A stretch of 64,000 bases of DNA, from the IMG/VR virus record IMGVR_UViG_3300003322_000571, positions 186,001 to 250,000 of that record; one strand, 5' to 3'. The notes below the pieces were generated by a model that worked only from the letters and a program-made list of their open reading frames with translations, made no database searches and was not told the origin of the DNA. Shown piece by piece: positions 9,169 to 18,713 of this stretch (positions within the stretch are counted from its first letter, which is position 1; each line of letters begins with the position of its first letter). The translations under genes and the position numbers were made by a program.

Positions 9169-9228
9169 TATTTACATCGCATTTTTACGCTGGTACCAAT
9201 ACTCCCGCTAGGGTGACCTCTATAAATA
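9169..9228. promoter_or_regulatory. Divergent late promoters: TAAATA (- strand, 9169-9174) and exact T4-type TATAAATA (+ strand, 9221-9228)
   Basis: The motifs lie about 18-20 nt upstream of the divergent starts at 9151(-) and 9248(+). TATAAATA is the T4 gp55 late promoter consensus. Confidence 0.7.
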
Positions 9229-9247
9229 GCACCACATAGGAGAACAT

Positions 9248-9763
9248 ATGACCGTCAAAAAAGCGTCCGCTAAGCCAACTGCAACGAAACCACGCCTAGT
9301 AGCGGCGGAGCCTAAGAAGGCCGCTGTTCCTTTGATTATTGAATCACACCCGAAGGATTACACCGGATTTCCATTCATTACACTAATCCAGTACCGCAAA
9401 CAACCGATGCTTGCGATTATTGACAATGCAGATGAGGAAATCATTCGTGCGTTTGTTTTGGACCTTTGCGGCCCGGAGCACGTCGATGAAGAGATGGTAA
9501 TCCACGCCGCTGCGGATTGGTATGCGAATAACAAGGGTAATTATCCGTTGTCTATCGAGTTTTCGCGACGTGGAATGACGTCAATTACGTCGAAGATTTA
9601 CCGTGCGTTGAACATTGAGTTCGTATCACGTGTAATCGGTCCTGTGCCAAAGTACCCTCTGACAACAGTTAAAAGTATTAAGAGGCGCCGTCGTAAACCA
9701 ATCCCGAGTGGAGTTGAAATCCACGGCACCAATGTTGTATCACTTGAGCAACTGTTTAAGTAA
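9248..9763 (+). CDS. Hypothetical late protein
   Basis: 171-aa ORF, RBS AGGAGA, basic N- and C-termini. Confidence 0.75.
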   Translation: MTVKKASAKPTATKPRLVAAEPKKAAVPLIIESHPKDYTGFPFITLIQYRKQPMLAIIDNADEEIIRAFVLDLCGPEHVDEEMVIHAAADWYANNKGNYPLSIEFSRRGMTSITSKIYRALNIEFVSRVIGPVPKYPLTTVKSIKRRRRKPIPSGVEIHGTNVVSLEQLFK

Positions 9764-10201
9764 TTCAAGCCCTTCACCGTAACGCATTTCAGGCTGGCGT
9801 GCAGGTGCAGCCTGAGCTGGGTCTTGCGGTGGGACGTCAACACCGCTGAGATCATCAGGGTCGTCTGACGGTTGATCTTGAGCTTGGTCTGTGTCGGGAC
9901 GACCATCAGGACCTGTGTAAGCAAGCATTTGCCCCATCTTTGTCAACTCGCCGTTGTCATCAATGATGTTTTCATCAACGGCAACTTGCGCTCCGCGATC
10001 TGTCAGCGATGCTTCGCCATTACTGACCATGATTAGTCCAAGTTTCATCAACATATCACGAGCTGCAACCATGTTCTGGCTATCAGAGATTTGTTGAGCA
10101 GCAACTGTTGATGTAGGGGAAGCGGCAATTTTAGCGAGGACTCGCTTTTGATTATCCGTAGGATGTACGGAGTTCATGATTTGAACTTCTTGTAGGCGCA
10201 T
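9740..10201 (-). CDS. Hypothetical late protein, possible winged-helix-like core
   Basis: 153-aa ORF, RBS AAGGAG, exact TATAAATA at 10221-10228 on the minus strand; N-terminus MRLQEV. Confidence 0.7.
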   Translation of the reverse strand: MRLQEVQIMNSVHPTDNQKRVLAKIAASPTSTVAAQQISDSQNMVAARDMLMKLGLIMVSNGEASLTDRGAQVAVDENIIDDNGELTKMGQMLAYTGPDGRPDTDQAQDQPSDDPDDLSGVDVPPQDPAQAAPARQPEMRYGEGLELLKQLLK

Positions 10202-10223
10202 ATTTGTCTCCTTAGCACGCTAT

Positions 10224-10799
10224 TTATATCACGTCAGCAGCGATCAAATGCAATTGAAGAACGATAGTCAAAGCATATGAAATAGCGTGAGACTTCTTGT
10301 AGTACGGCGTATCAACCTTCTGATACAACTCTTTTCTCAATGCCGACCGATCAGAACTTGCAATGTACCGATCGATCAAGTACCGCTTACCGGGCCGAAT
10401 CAATGCAATACAATCAGCGAGCTCTTCGACAGACTGTGGTCGAATGCGTTGCAGCATTTCAGCGTGCTTACTTAGTTGGAACAACTTCTTAACGACATTT
10501 TCGTCTAACAGCAGATCCCACTTCGGAGGATGTTTGATCAGTTGACGGATTTCCTCCTTCGACTCAAACATGTCAAGGACACTCAAGTGAAGAAAGTCGA
10601 TCTTGAAGTACCCCAACACTTCTGCCTCTTCATAGGGAATCGCCGCGAAACCTGTGACAGGATCAACGGGAATATCTTGAAAGTAGTGGCCACAATTGTG
10701 TTTGATCAGTTCACCGTTTCTTACTTGAGACGCAGCGACAGCTTCACGCATAATCTTGCGTGGATCAAACTTAGTAGGGAAGTCGATGTCAATATCCAT
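10224..10799 (-). CDS. dnaE: Miniature DNA polymerase III alpha (DnaE)-like catalytic fragment, C-terminal half
   Basis: Starts MDIDIDFP (DnaE PDxDxDF), then KHNCGHY (HAAG), KIDFLHLSVLD (KxDFLGL, third catalytic Asp), ALIRPG and YYKKSHAISY (YxFNKSHA.AY); only 191 aa. Confidence 0.8.
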   Translation of the reverse strand: MDIDIDFPTKFDPRKIMREAVAASQVRNGELIKHNCGHYFQDIPVDPVTGFAAIPYEEAEVLGYFKIDFLHLSVLDMFESKEEIRQLIKHPPKWDLLLDENVVKKLFQLSKHAEMLQRIRPQSVEELADCIALIRPGKRYLIDRYIASSDRSALRKELYQKVDTPYYKKSHAISYALTIVLQLHLIAADVI

Positions 10800-10830
10800 G
10801 CAGCATTATACGCTGCAACAGATCAACGGA

Positions 10831-11808
10831 TCAAGAAGGGAAACGCCACGAACTTATGTCTCGCAGTATAACATTCGTTGTTGTTTGACGAAGCTGGATA
10901 GCAAACCCTTGTTCACCAAGCGTTCCATCGTTTTGTACGATAATGTCGATTCGGTTAAATCCCTGTCGCAACGTAAAATTGTTCGTTTGATACGTTGTTG
11001 TATAGCCCATCGTTGTGCCAGCTGTCACAGCAACACCGTTAACTACCAGTGATGTCAGGTTGTTGTCAGTACAACCGTACAAATGAGCTGTGATATCAGC
11101 ACCCGTCTCGTTGTAGTACGTATTGAAGTAAGAATAATTGCCAATCGGTTGAGCACCTATAGTACTTGAATACCAGGTTTCACCCATTGCAGCAGTATAT
11201 TCTGGTGTACGACTGTACGGAAGAACGAGCGTTGAGCGATTAACATCGAATACTTTCACCCACGTACCGGCATTATTGACCCACTTTTGTTTGATATTAC
11301 GCCACGTACCGGTATTATCCTGTTGATAAATGACAGAGGGATTACCCCACGTACCGTATGTGTCATATACCCATGTGCGAGGTGTTGTAGTATCGTAAAT
11401 GATATCGCCAGCTAACCCAGGTCCAGTTGGAATGGCGGTCGAAGATGTGAACGTGATGTTACCTACACGTACTTGATTCCAAGCACTCCATGATGATTGA
11501 GAACTTGTATCATCATTGGTGCGAATATACATTGATGTTGGACGTTGTTCTTCTGCATTCCAACTGAATGCAATCTGCATGCTACGTTGACCGACCCCGC
11601 TTGATACGATACCACAAAAATAGTCTCCGGGGAAATCCGTACTATCATACGCATCGTACCCGACAAGACTATCAGAACGGAATTCTTGCGGTCCAGGCGA
11701 CGGAACGCCAACCGTAAAGTTCCTGAAGTCGTCAATCAGGATTCTCGGTTCCGACGAGGAGTCATTAGTAGTAACAAGCTGTTTGGCTTGGATCTTTGGC
11801 TGTGACAT
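10831..11808 (-). CDS. Fibre-associated virion protein with knob-like domain
   Basis: N-terminal ~130 aa closely paralogous to 11808-12236, ending in MYIRTNDD...WSAW as in fibre knob domains; C-terminal beta-sandwich. Confidence 0.6.
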   Translation of the reverse strand: MSQPKIQAKQLVTTNDSSSEPRILIDDFRNFTVGVPSPGPQEFRSDSLVGYDAYDSTDFPGDYFCGIVSSGVGQRSMQIAFSWNAEEQRPTSMYIRTNDDTSSQSSWSAWNQVRVGNITFTSSTAIPTGPGLAGDIIYDTTTPRTWVYDTYGTWGNPSVIYQQDNTGTWRNIKQKWVNNAGTWVKVFDVNRSTLVLPYSRTPEYTAAMGETWYSSTIGAQPIGNYSYFNTYYNETGADITAHLYGCTDNNLTSLVVNGVAVTAGTTMGYTTTYQTNNFTLRQGFNRIDIIVQNDGTLGEQGFAIQLRQTTTNVILRDISSWRFPS

Positions 11809-12236
11809 CAGTATACGTAGACAGTATCGCCTGGACGGCCGCCCGTTGGAGTAGCCGTAGATGTTGTAAAAGTAGTCGAACCTACTTGGACGTTAGCCCA
11901 TGCAGACCACGCAGTAGGATCGGTGGTGTCGTCATTGACACGGAAAATCATTTGAGTAGGCGCTGCTTCTTCCGTGTCCCAATTGATAGCAAGTTGGGCA
12001 CTGCGAACAGTGCCCGGACCGACTACAGAAAAACCCGTCCAGCAAGGACCAGGAAAGTCCGTACTACTATATGCATCGAATCCACTGAGACTATTTGAGC
12101 GGAATGCATTCGGACCTGGTGATACTTCCCCAGGTGTGAAAATCTTAAATTCGTCTACAGCAATGCGTGGATCACTGCCAACGATAGGGTCGTTAACAGT
12201 GTACACTTGACTCGTTCGAATCTTTGACTGTGCCAT
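11808..12236 (-). CDS. Fibre-associated virion protein (short paralog of 10831-11808)
   Basis: Shares PRI..D.F..FT.G..SPGP..FRS.SL.G.DAY.STDFPG and R.NDD.....WSAW with its neighbour. Confidence 0.65.
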   Translation of the reverse strand: MAQSKIRTSQVYTVNDPIVGSDPRIAVDEFKIFTPGEVSPGPNAFRSNSLSGFDAYSSTDFPGPCWTGFSVVGPGTVRSAQLAINWDTEEAAPTQMIFRVNDDTTDPTAWSAWANVQVGSTTFTTSTATPTGGRPGDTVYVY

Positions 12237-12244
12237 ATGTTACC

Positions 12245-14107
12245 TTATAGACCAACAAATGCATTCAAGTGTGGTTGGCAGATAATTGTGACCATGTCAC
12301 TAGACGTAGGTGCAGCTACAAACGTTACTTGGTTAGACATTGAACCCACAGCACCAACTTCTTGGTAACCACCAGTAAATGTCGATGATCCGTTCGAAAT
12401 TACTGCATCGTAGCTTGTCAAAGTCGTTAACAAACTCGTACCAGATGATGGTGGAGCGAATGCAACAGACATACCCGCACCAACTCCTGTTGTTGCAACG
12501 GCAACGCGGTTATTGTCAAGGTATGCGATTGCAGGAACAGAACCAGATGTGAACGCACCGTTCAACAAGGCAACAAAACCATCGTATGTTACGCCACCTG
12601 CTGGTACGGTGATCGCAAAGTCAGTATACAATGTACCGTTGACCGTCAAGTTCATTGTGTATGTGCCGGCTGTCGTCAAGAAAGTTGCTGGACCAGACAG
12701 TAGGAACGGGAACGCAAAATTACCTTCGGCGTGACGTGAAAGTACTTGCAACACACCGTTCAAGAACACTGTAAGTTTGTTTGAGCCAACTTTGTACACA
12801 AAAGGAACTGTAATCGTTGGAGCACCTGCTCCAACGTTTTCATAACGCTGTGCATTGTTGAGCAACGTGCTTACGCCAGTATCAAGTGCAGTAACTGCAC
12901 GCTGATCGGACATGTTAGGGTATGAACCGTCTGCGAATGCAACTTGACTAAGGTAGTTACCTTGAGCACCGGAAATAGCAACAGACACGTCTGACGCTAC
13001 GTGTTGGTGAACAAACGGTGCAGCAGAACCTGTCAGTGTGACTGTTGAACCATCCTGACGATTCAGTGTGACAGCACCGTCAATCGTACTGATGTTACCA
13101 CTAACGATCGTTCCTGTAGATCCACCACTCGTCACAGCATCATCAACATATTGTTTAGACGCTGCTTGATCTTGGTTGATAGGATATCCAACATTGTTGA
13201 TATATCCATTGCCCATATCAAGTGAACCACCGCCAGAAACTGTTACTGTTGTAGCAAGAATACTTACTGGACTCGTGAAGATCGATGGACCGTTAGCTTG
13301 CAAGCTGCTTGAGAAGACTACTGGTCCTGAAGCAGTCAAGCCTGCAACGGTCGATGCTCCTGTTACAGTCAAAGTACCATCAACAGTTGTGTTCTTCAGA
13401 GAAGAAGCACCATTAATAGTCAATGTGCCGGACGCACTGATGTTGCCGCTTTGTAGTGTCAAATTGCCGGATGAGATCGTCAAAGGACCCGTCAGCGTAC
13501 CGCCGGATAGTGGCAGGTAATTGTTACCCACGCCAGCTTCTACATCAGCGATCTGAGCATCAACATAAGCCTTTGAGGCTGCAGCAGTAGCACCAACAGG
13601 TACTGCTGGTAGCCCTAGTACTTGACCACCACCGGTAAACGTAAGGTCTGCTCCCGATGCCATCGAGTCACCGGAAATATTGACGTAACGTGATTCAGCA
13701 AAACCAAAGTTCAATGCGTCAGTTGCAGCCGTAGGGTTGCCAAGATTAATGATCTTGAACCCGTTCATATCCAGGTCGCTTGATGTAGGACCTGAATTGA
13801 TCGCGTTCCATGTTGTGCCGTCGTATACGCTTAGTGTATCCGTTGTGTCATTATACCACAACTGACCTTGAATTGGATATGCTGGAGGTGTTCCGTTAGC
13901 AAAGTTCTCCAGCATATAGACGAAGTCTTGCCACACTGGTTGACCGTAGAATACACGTGTTCTACCAAGGATCTGCAGTGTAGTGTTGGCGGAAACCGCA
14001 TCGGGCATCAACGCTGGTCCGTTAGGAGTGGCAGGACCGTTTGTCCCACCCTCTACGACAACGAATGATGGCTTCGCTGGGTTTGTAAAACGAAGAGTAT
14101 AGTTCAT
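12245..14107 (-). CDS. Tail fibre / virion structural protein (620 aa)
   Basis: N-terminal baseplate-fibre-type domain (ENFANGTPP..PIQGQLWY), K(I/V).NL..PT...DA.NK.YVD fibre repeats and NYLPLSGGTLTG motif. Confidence 0.7.
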   Translation of the reverse strand: MNYTLRFTNPAKPSFVVVEGGTNGPATPNGPALMPDAVSANTTLQILGRTRVFYGQPVWQDFVYMLENFANGTPPAYPIQGQLWYNDTTDTLSVYDGTTWNAINSGPTSSDLDMNGFKIINLGNPTAATDALNFGFAESRYVNISGDSMASGADLTFTGGGQVLGLPAVPVGATAAASKAYVDAQIADVEAGVGNNYLPLSGGTLTGPLTISSGNLTLQSGNISASGTLTINGASSLKNTTVDGTLTVTGASTVAGLTASGPVVFSSSLQANGPSIFTSPVSILATTVTVSGGGSLDMGNGYINNVGYPINQDQAASKQYVDDAVTSGGSTGTIVSGNISTIDGAVTLNRQDGSTVTLTGSAAPFVHQHVASDVSVAISGAQGNYLSQVAFADGSYPNMSDQRAVTALDTGVSTLLNNAQRYENVGAGAPTITVPFVYKVGSNKLTVFLNGVLQVLSRHAEGNFAFPFLLSGPATFLTTAGTYTMNLTVNGTLYTDFAITVPAGGVTYDGFVALLNGAFTSGSVPAIAYLDNNRVAVATTGVGAGMSVAFAPPSSGTSLLTTLTSYDAVISNGSSTFTGGYQEVGAVGSMSNQVTFVAAPTSSDMVTIICQPHLNAFVGL

Positions 14108-14109
14108 GC

Positions 14110-15936
14110 TTAGTACTTGATAATGAAGCGCATCGACAAGTTAACAGGGCGTGTTTCAGAGCCAATCAAACCAACACGGTTCCAGTTTGCAGCACCGGAG
14201 TTTACACCGTCGGAAGGAATGTCCGCACCGTTGTTTGTGAAGCAATCGTAGTTGTCATTGTCAACACCGTTCATACGGAAACCTTGCAGACCGCCTACCG
14301 TACCGCTACCCCACTGACCAGCAGCCCCGTTGTTAATAGCTTCACGGAGCGCAACGTGTTTGTGAGCTTCAATTTGACCTTGTTGAACCGTACCAAGCGC
14401 ACGGCCAGGATCTGTACCAGCACCGTTAGACCAACCACGTGGGAACATACCACGGAAGTCAGGAACACGGAAAGTTGAAGCCGAACCAGCACCGTATGTT
14501 GTACCAATTGCAGCAAACAAGTTCGCGTATGTACCTGTACGGTTCAAATCCTGTCCTTCGCATTCAACCCAACCAGCTGGAACAGAGTTCACTGGCCACA
14601 TCACGATAGCACCTGTAGGTGTACCACTGTTGGCGGCAATGGCGGCGTCAACGTAAGCCTTGTTTGCTGCGTGAGCTGCCGCAGTTGGCGCATTAGGCAA
14701 CGTTACCTGGCTCGAACCACCGCTCAAAATGATCGAAGAATTTGCAAAGAGAGTGCCAGTTTGTGTCAATGTACCAGCAATCGAAACGTTACCAGAAATT
14801 GGACCACCAACTTTGTCGTACTTCGTACTCAAGTCCGGAACACTACCAGCAACAGCTGTGTCGACATACGCCTTGTTTGCTGCATCACCTGCAACAGTAG
14901 GAGTAGCGACGTTAACAATCTTATTGCCGCTCATGTTAACTTGACCGCTGTATACACCGCCTGTGGAAGTGATACCCGCGGAGAAGTTTGCACCACCGTT
15001 AACTTGCAACGTATTCAGCGTTGTAGATCCAGTAACTGTCAAGTTGCCAGAGATCGTGCCGCCTGACAAAGGCAAATAGTTGGCAACACCGCCTGCAACA
15101 GCACTGTCAACATATGTTTTGTTCGCAGCATCACTACCAACAGTTGCAAGCGCAAGATTCGTTACCTTGAACGAATTCATGTTGATAGGGCCATGAGCTG
15201 CAGGCGCATTGCCACCAATAGCCGGCCCAAGGATATCGTGCCAACGTGCAAGGCCTGAAGCAGCAGTATCAGCTGAGTAGACGCGCAGCACGCCAATAGA
15301 AGGCACGTACCAGAACATACCTGTTTGAGGTGCACTCGGAGGGTTTTCGCCGACGAATGTCGTCGTAGGAACAGACCAAACCGCCGCATTACCGTCACGG
15401 ATGCGGACAACTTGCTCGGGAACAACACCGGAACTGACAGGGTTAAAACCGGTACGCTGTGTGAACGAACGTGGCAACCATGCAGCAGGTTCGTAACGAC
15501 CCAATGAGTAATAGCCCCACAATCCAGTGATTGTTTGGCCGTCATATGTTCCCGTACCGTAGTAGTACTGACCGATTGTAGGTGTTGTTGGCGCTACAGT
15601 TGCAACGTTGCCGTTACCGTTCAACAACTCCCAGTTTGCCGTCGTGAAGTTCCAACGATACCAACCAGCGGACGTTGTACCGGAATTGTGGAAGTAGAGC
15701 TTTGTTTCAACCCAGATTTGGCCGGAAATAGCTGCGCTCGGAGGTGAGGCAGAAGCGAAATTTTCAGACAGACGGAGTAGGTCTTCGTCAACAGCTTCGC
15801 CCCACTCGAGAGCACCTCGACCATACAGGCGGAGCGTGCTGTTCGCAGCGGAACCACCAGGGCCGTTCAGTCCACCGGCAGGGATGGAAAAACTCGGGCG
15901 AAGTGGATCTGAATAGTCAATTTGGTATGCCGACAT
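14110..15936 (-). CDS. Tail fibre protein with C-terminal tail-collar domain
   Basis: PTGAIVMWPVNSVPAGWVECEGQ...LFAAIGTTYG...FRVPDFRGMFPRG and ETRPVNLSMRFIIKY are the tail-collar signature; N-terminus paralogous to 12245-14107. Confidence 0.85.
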   Translation of the reverse strand: MSAYQIDYSDPLRPSFSIPAGGLNGPGGSAANSTLRLYGRGALEWGEAVDEDLLRLSENFASASPPSAAISGQIWVETKLYFHNSGTTSAGWYRWNFTTANWELLNGNGNVATVAPTTPTIGQYYYGTGTYDGQTITGLWGYYSLGRYEPAAWLPRSFTQRTGFNPVSSGVVPEQVVRIRDGNAAVWSVPTTTFVGENPPSAPQTGMFWYVPSIGVLRVYSADTAASGLARWHDILGPAIGGNAPAAHGPINMNSFKVTNLALATVGSDAANKTYVDSAVAGGVANYLPLSGGTISGNLTVTGSTTLNTLQVNGGANFSAGITSTGGVYSGQVNMSGNKIVNVATPTVAGDAANKAYVDTAVAGSVPDLSTKYDKVGGPISGNVSIAGTLTQTGTLFANSSIILSGGSSQVTLPNAPTAAAHAANKAYVDAAIAANSGTPTGAIVMWPVNSVPAGWVECEGQDLNRTGTYANLFAAIGTTYGAGSASTFRVPDFRGMFPRGWSNGAGTDPGRALGTVQQGQIEAHKHVALREAINNGAAGQWGSGTVGGLQGFRMNGVDNDNYDCFTNNGADIPSDGVNSGAANWNRVGLIGSETRPVNLSMRFIIKY

Positions 15937-15996
15937 TTGACGTTCCTATAAACAGAGATAGATGTATCTCTATTTATGGAAGTCGACAATGCCTGC

Positions 15997-16722
15997 TTAA
16001 ATCCCCATCTCGGAGATAACTTTGCGGATGTTCTTTACTTCTTCAGCGTATTGTTCCAGTTTTTCGCCCCAGAACTCAGGACGAATCAACTGATCAATTA
16101 AGATCCGTTGCTCACTCGTCAATTGGTCACGATACAAGATTTTGAACTTCTTGCTATTCAGTAGAAGCCACGGGGATAACTGGCGTGTACGTAGTTTTTG
16201 GATAATCTCTTGCGCCTTAAGAACAGTGAATACATCCGCTACGTCAACGTCGTGTTTATCAGATACACTGAGCAAACAGTCGAGCGAAATCTTGAATTGC
16301 TCGATCGGATTTAATTGGCGATCAAGATATTCGATGTACATCACGTATACATCGTCGTTTGTCCACATTGTAGGTGGATAATCCTTACGAACCATCAAGT
16401 TGATGAACTTGTCTGGCTTTGGCATTTCAACGTTCTTAGTAAACTGGACAAAGTTCATGAACGTGCGAAAGAATTTCGATGTCAGGAATGACGACGCAGG
16501 AGGTGGTAGCCGTTTTTGTGCACGTAGCCACAACGAGTAGTAATGCCATGCAGCTTGACCTTGCGGCGTCTTCAGCTCCTCTTCTCGTTTCATTTGCTTG
16601 CACTGATGGACAAGGTACGCTGATTCCTTAACGAAAACCTTGTGGCAGTACTTGCATGTGTACCTCGCTTCAATTGAAGCACGACGTTGTTGCATTTGCG
16701 TCATCGTTCCCAACACGGACAA
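15997..16722 (-). CDS. Hypothetical protein with N-terminal C2H2-like zinc finger
   Basis: YTCKYCHKVFVKESAYLVHQC. Confidence 0.7.
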   Translation of the reverse strand: MSVLGTMTQMQQRRASIEARYTCKYCHKVFVKESAYLVHQCKQMKREEELKTPQGQAAWHYYSLWLRAQKRLPPPASSFLTSKFFRTFMNFVQFTKNVEMPKPDKFINLMVRKDYPPTMWTNDDVYVMYIEYLDRQLNPIEQFKISLDCLLSVSDKHDVDVADVFTVLKAQEIIQKLRTRQLSPWLLLNSKKFKILYRDQLTSEQRILIDQLIRPEFWGEKLEQYAEEVKNIRKVISEMGI

Positions 16723-16729
16723 TTCTTCC

Positions 16730-17671
16730 TTATTTTAACCAGAGCGCGTCATGATGAACCTTTGTGTCATACAGTGCGAACTCTGTGTGTACTTTCCCGC
16801 TGACATAGTCACCTAGGACAGCGACAATCTCTTTGACTTTGCTTTCGAATTGGTCAGCATAACCGTCATACTGGCGGTATGTCAACATCACAATCCCGTA
16901 ACCGTCTTCTAGTTGCTTGAAAGTGTTACGTGATACGTGGACATCCGCAAACCCATTCGTAGCAAGCAGGTACGAAACATTACCGACCTTCTCTGGTTGA
17001 ATACGAACAGGAATGTGTGACTCAAAGTAGCAATCTTTCGGCATTTGGTCACCCTTCTGCTGAGGAGCTGCTGGATGCCAAGGAACAGTTTCAATCTTCG
17101 ACCGAACGACATTAAAACCGGCACCTGTGAGTTGTCCCGCAACCCCGTACACATACTTCAACGCTGACGAATTTGTTCCGAAGTGCTTCGAAGAAGTCAT
17201 CACATCAGACATAACTGACGAACCTTGCTTGTCCTGAAGGTCAAGAATGATTGGCTTGACACTGACTTCAGCACACGTATCGCGGAACTTTTGGATGGCA
17301 CCGGGTCCATCGACCTCATCGAGCTTAACAGTAACGTGGATTTCAAACGGGAGAGGGAATTTTCCTTTTGTTTCACGACGTTGAAGTTCAGCCCACTTCT
17401 GAGCCTTACGCTCCATCATGTTAGTCACTTCAAGGTCAGTTGCCTCGAGATTATACGCAATCGACAGAGCACATAGAATTACGTCAGCAACTTCTTCGAT
17501 GATGTCTTCCCTGCCAACAAGACGGTGATTAGTAGCGAAAGCACCATCATAAGGCAACACTTTCTTTGCTAGCTCACCGACTTCTTCAGCGGTTTTGAGA
17601 GCCTTTTGCGACAATGTCTTAGTATCGTCATCCGACAGAGTCCTTATATAGTCAAGCAAGTTTTGGTTCAT
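16730..17671 (-). CDS. MazG-like NTP pyrophosphohydrolase fused to an uncharacterised C-terminal domain
   Basis: N-terminal KTAEEVGELAKKV...IIEEVADVILCALSIA (MazG EExxE/ExxD acidic motifs); ~210-aa additional domain. Confidence 0.7.
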   Translation of the reverse strand: MNQNLLDYIRTLSDDDTKTLSQKALKTAEEVGELAKKVLPYDGAFATNHRLVGREDIIEEVADVILCALSIAYNLEATDLEVTNMMERKAQKWAELQRRETKGKFPLPFEIHVTVKLDEVDGPGAIQKFRDTCAEVSVKPIILDLQDKQGSSVMSDVMTSSKHFGTNSSALKYVYGVAGQLTGAGFNVVRSKIETVPWHPAAPQQKGDQMPKDCYFESHIPVRIQPEKVGNVSYLLATNGFADVHVSRNTFKQLEDGYGIVMLTYRQYDGYADQFESKVKEIVAVLGDYVSGKVHTEFALYDTKVHHDALWLK

Positions 17672-17672
17672 A

Positions 17673-18212
17673 TTAGAACTCCATTAAGTCGTTGATCGGT
17701 GCGGCCTTTTTCTTCTTGGCTTTTGGTTCATCGGAATCATCGTCCTTCGAGCTCTTCAGTTCGCGCTTGATCTTGGCAATATCTTCCGGCTGCCAACCCA
17801 TTTCCGATGCGATTTCAAGCACGCGGTCACGACTGAGTAGCTCTAATGCATCAGCGGCGTGATTGACGTTGTATCCGAAGTATTCGCATAACAAACGGAT
17901 CGCATTAGACTTCCCCGTCTCTTTTCGTGAGGGAAGTTTATTCCACGCGTAACGTTGATTTTTGCCGATGTTTGCAACCGTCATCAGCTTCCACAAAAGG
18001 TCGGGATGTTTGTACAAAGAGAACGCATACGGATTGACCGTTTCATTGATCAGGTACACTTGAAGAGGACTCGAAGTCCCCGACATCCAACGCATAATAA
18101 CACTCGGCGCAAACCCCTTCTTTTCTTCATCCGTAAGAGATGAATAGAAGTCCTGCTTGCGAGTATTCGCAGCGTTCAACACCCGGAAGATGTCAAGTTT
18201 GCGCTCAGCCAT
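17673..18212 (-). CDS. Clamp loader small subunit (T4 gp62-like)
   Basis: DFYSSLTDEEKKGFAPSVIMRWMS and later helices match the gp62-type pattern; lies near the gp44-like gene. Confidence 0.6.
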   Translation of the reverse strand: MAERKLDIFRVLNAANTRKQDFYSSLTDEEKKGFAPSVIMRWMSGTSSPLQVYLINETVNPYAFSLYKHPDLLWKLMTVANIGKNQRYAWNKLPSRKETGKSNAIRLLCEYFGYNVNHAADALELLSRDRVLEIASEMGWQPEDIAKIKRELKSSKDDDSDEPKAKKKKAAPINDLMEF

Positions 18213-18553
18213 TATTCAGCCTTTGTCAGCAGTGCAAATGTCTTGTCGCAGAACTTGCACACGATCTTACCGTCTGCCTTGTGGGCGAGATGAGAGTACG
18301 GATGAACGCACTCACGAACCATTTCCTTGCGAAGTGCGGCTACTTCATCGAGAATTGGCGTCTTTTCAGCCAACAGCGCAACGATCTTGTCTTCGACAAC
18401 CTTCAGTCTAGCGAGAATCTTGACCATGTTGTCCATCTTACGATCCCAAGACACCTTCTCACTACGAGAAGCTGCATCGGCAATCATTTCAAGTTGACGG
18501 CGCATTGCTGCTTCGTCAACTGTTTCGTTTTCAGGCTTCTTGCGACGTGCCAT
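18212..18553 (-). CDS. Hypothetical protein, coiled coil plus C-terminal Zn-ribbon-like motif
   Basis: ECVHPYSH...CKFCDK; translationally coupled (TAATG) to the next gene. Confidence 0.7.
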   Translation of the reverse strand: MARRKKPENETVDEAAMRRQLEMIADAASRSEKVSWDRKMDNMVKILARLKVVEDKIVALLAEKTPILDEVAALRKEMVRECVHPYSHLAHKADGKIVCKFCDKTFALLTKAE

Positions 18554-18713
18554 TTTGGTTTCCTTGTTCTGTAAATTGAGTACTTTTGTCGTAGTGTGCC
18601 ATCAGTTCTGCACGTGCTTGTTCGTACGTATACCCGTACGCTTCAGGACTGCGTTGCAGATCCTCAAGCCATTCTTCATACGTCAAACAATACCTTCCGC
18701 CATATTCGTTCAT
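18531..18713 (-). CDS. Small hypothetical protein (60 aa)
   Basis: TAATG overlap with the clamp loader stop at 18713. Confidence 0.55.
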   Translation of the reverse strand: MNEYGGRYCLTYEEWLEDLQRSPEAYGYTYEQARAELMAHYDKSTQFTEQGNQNGTSQEA

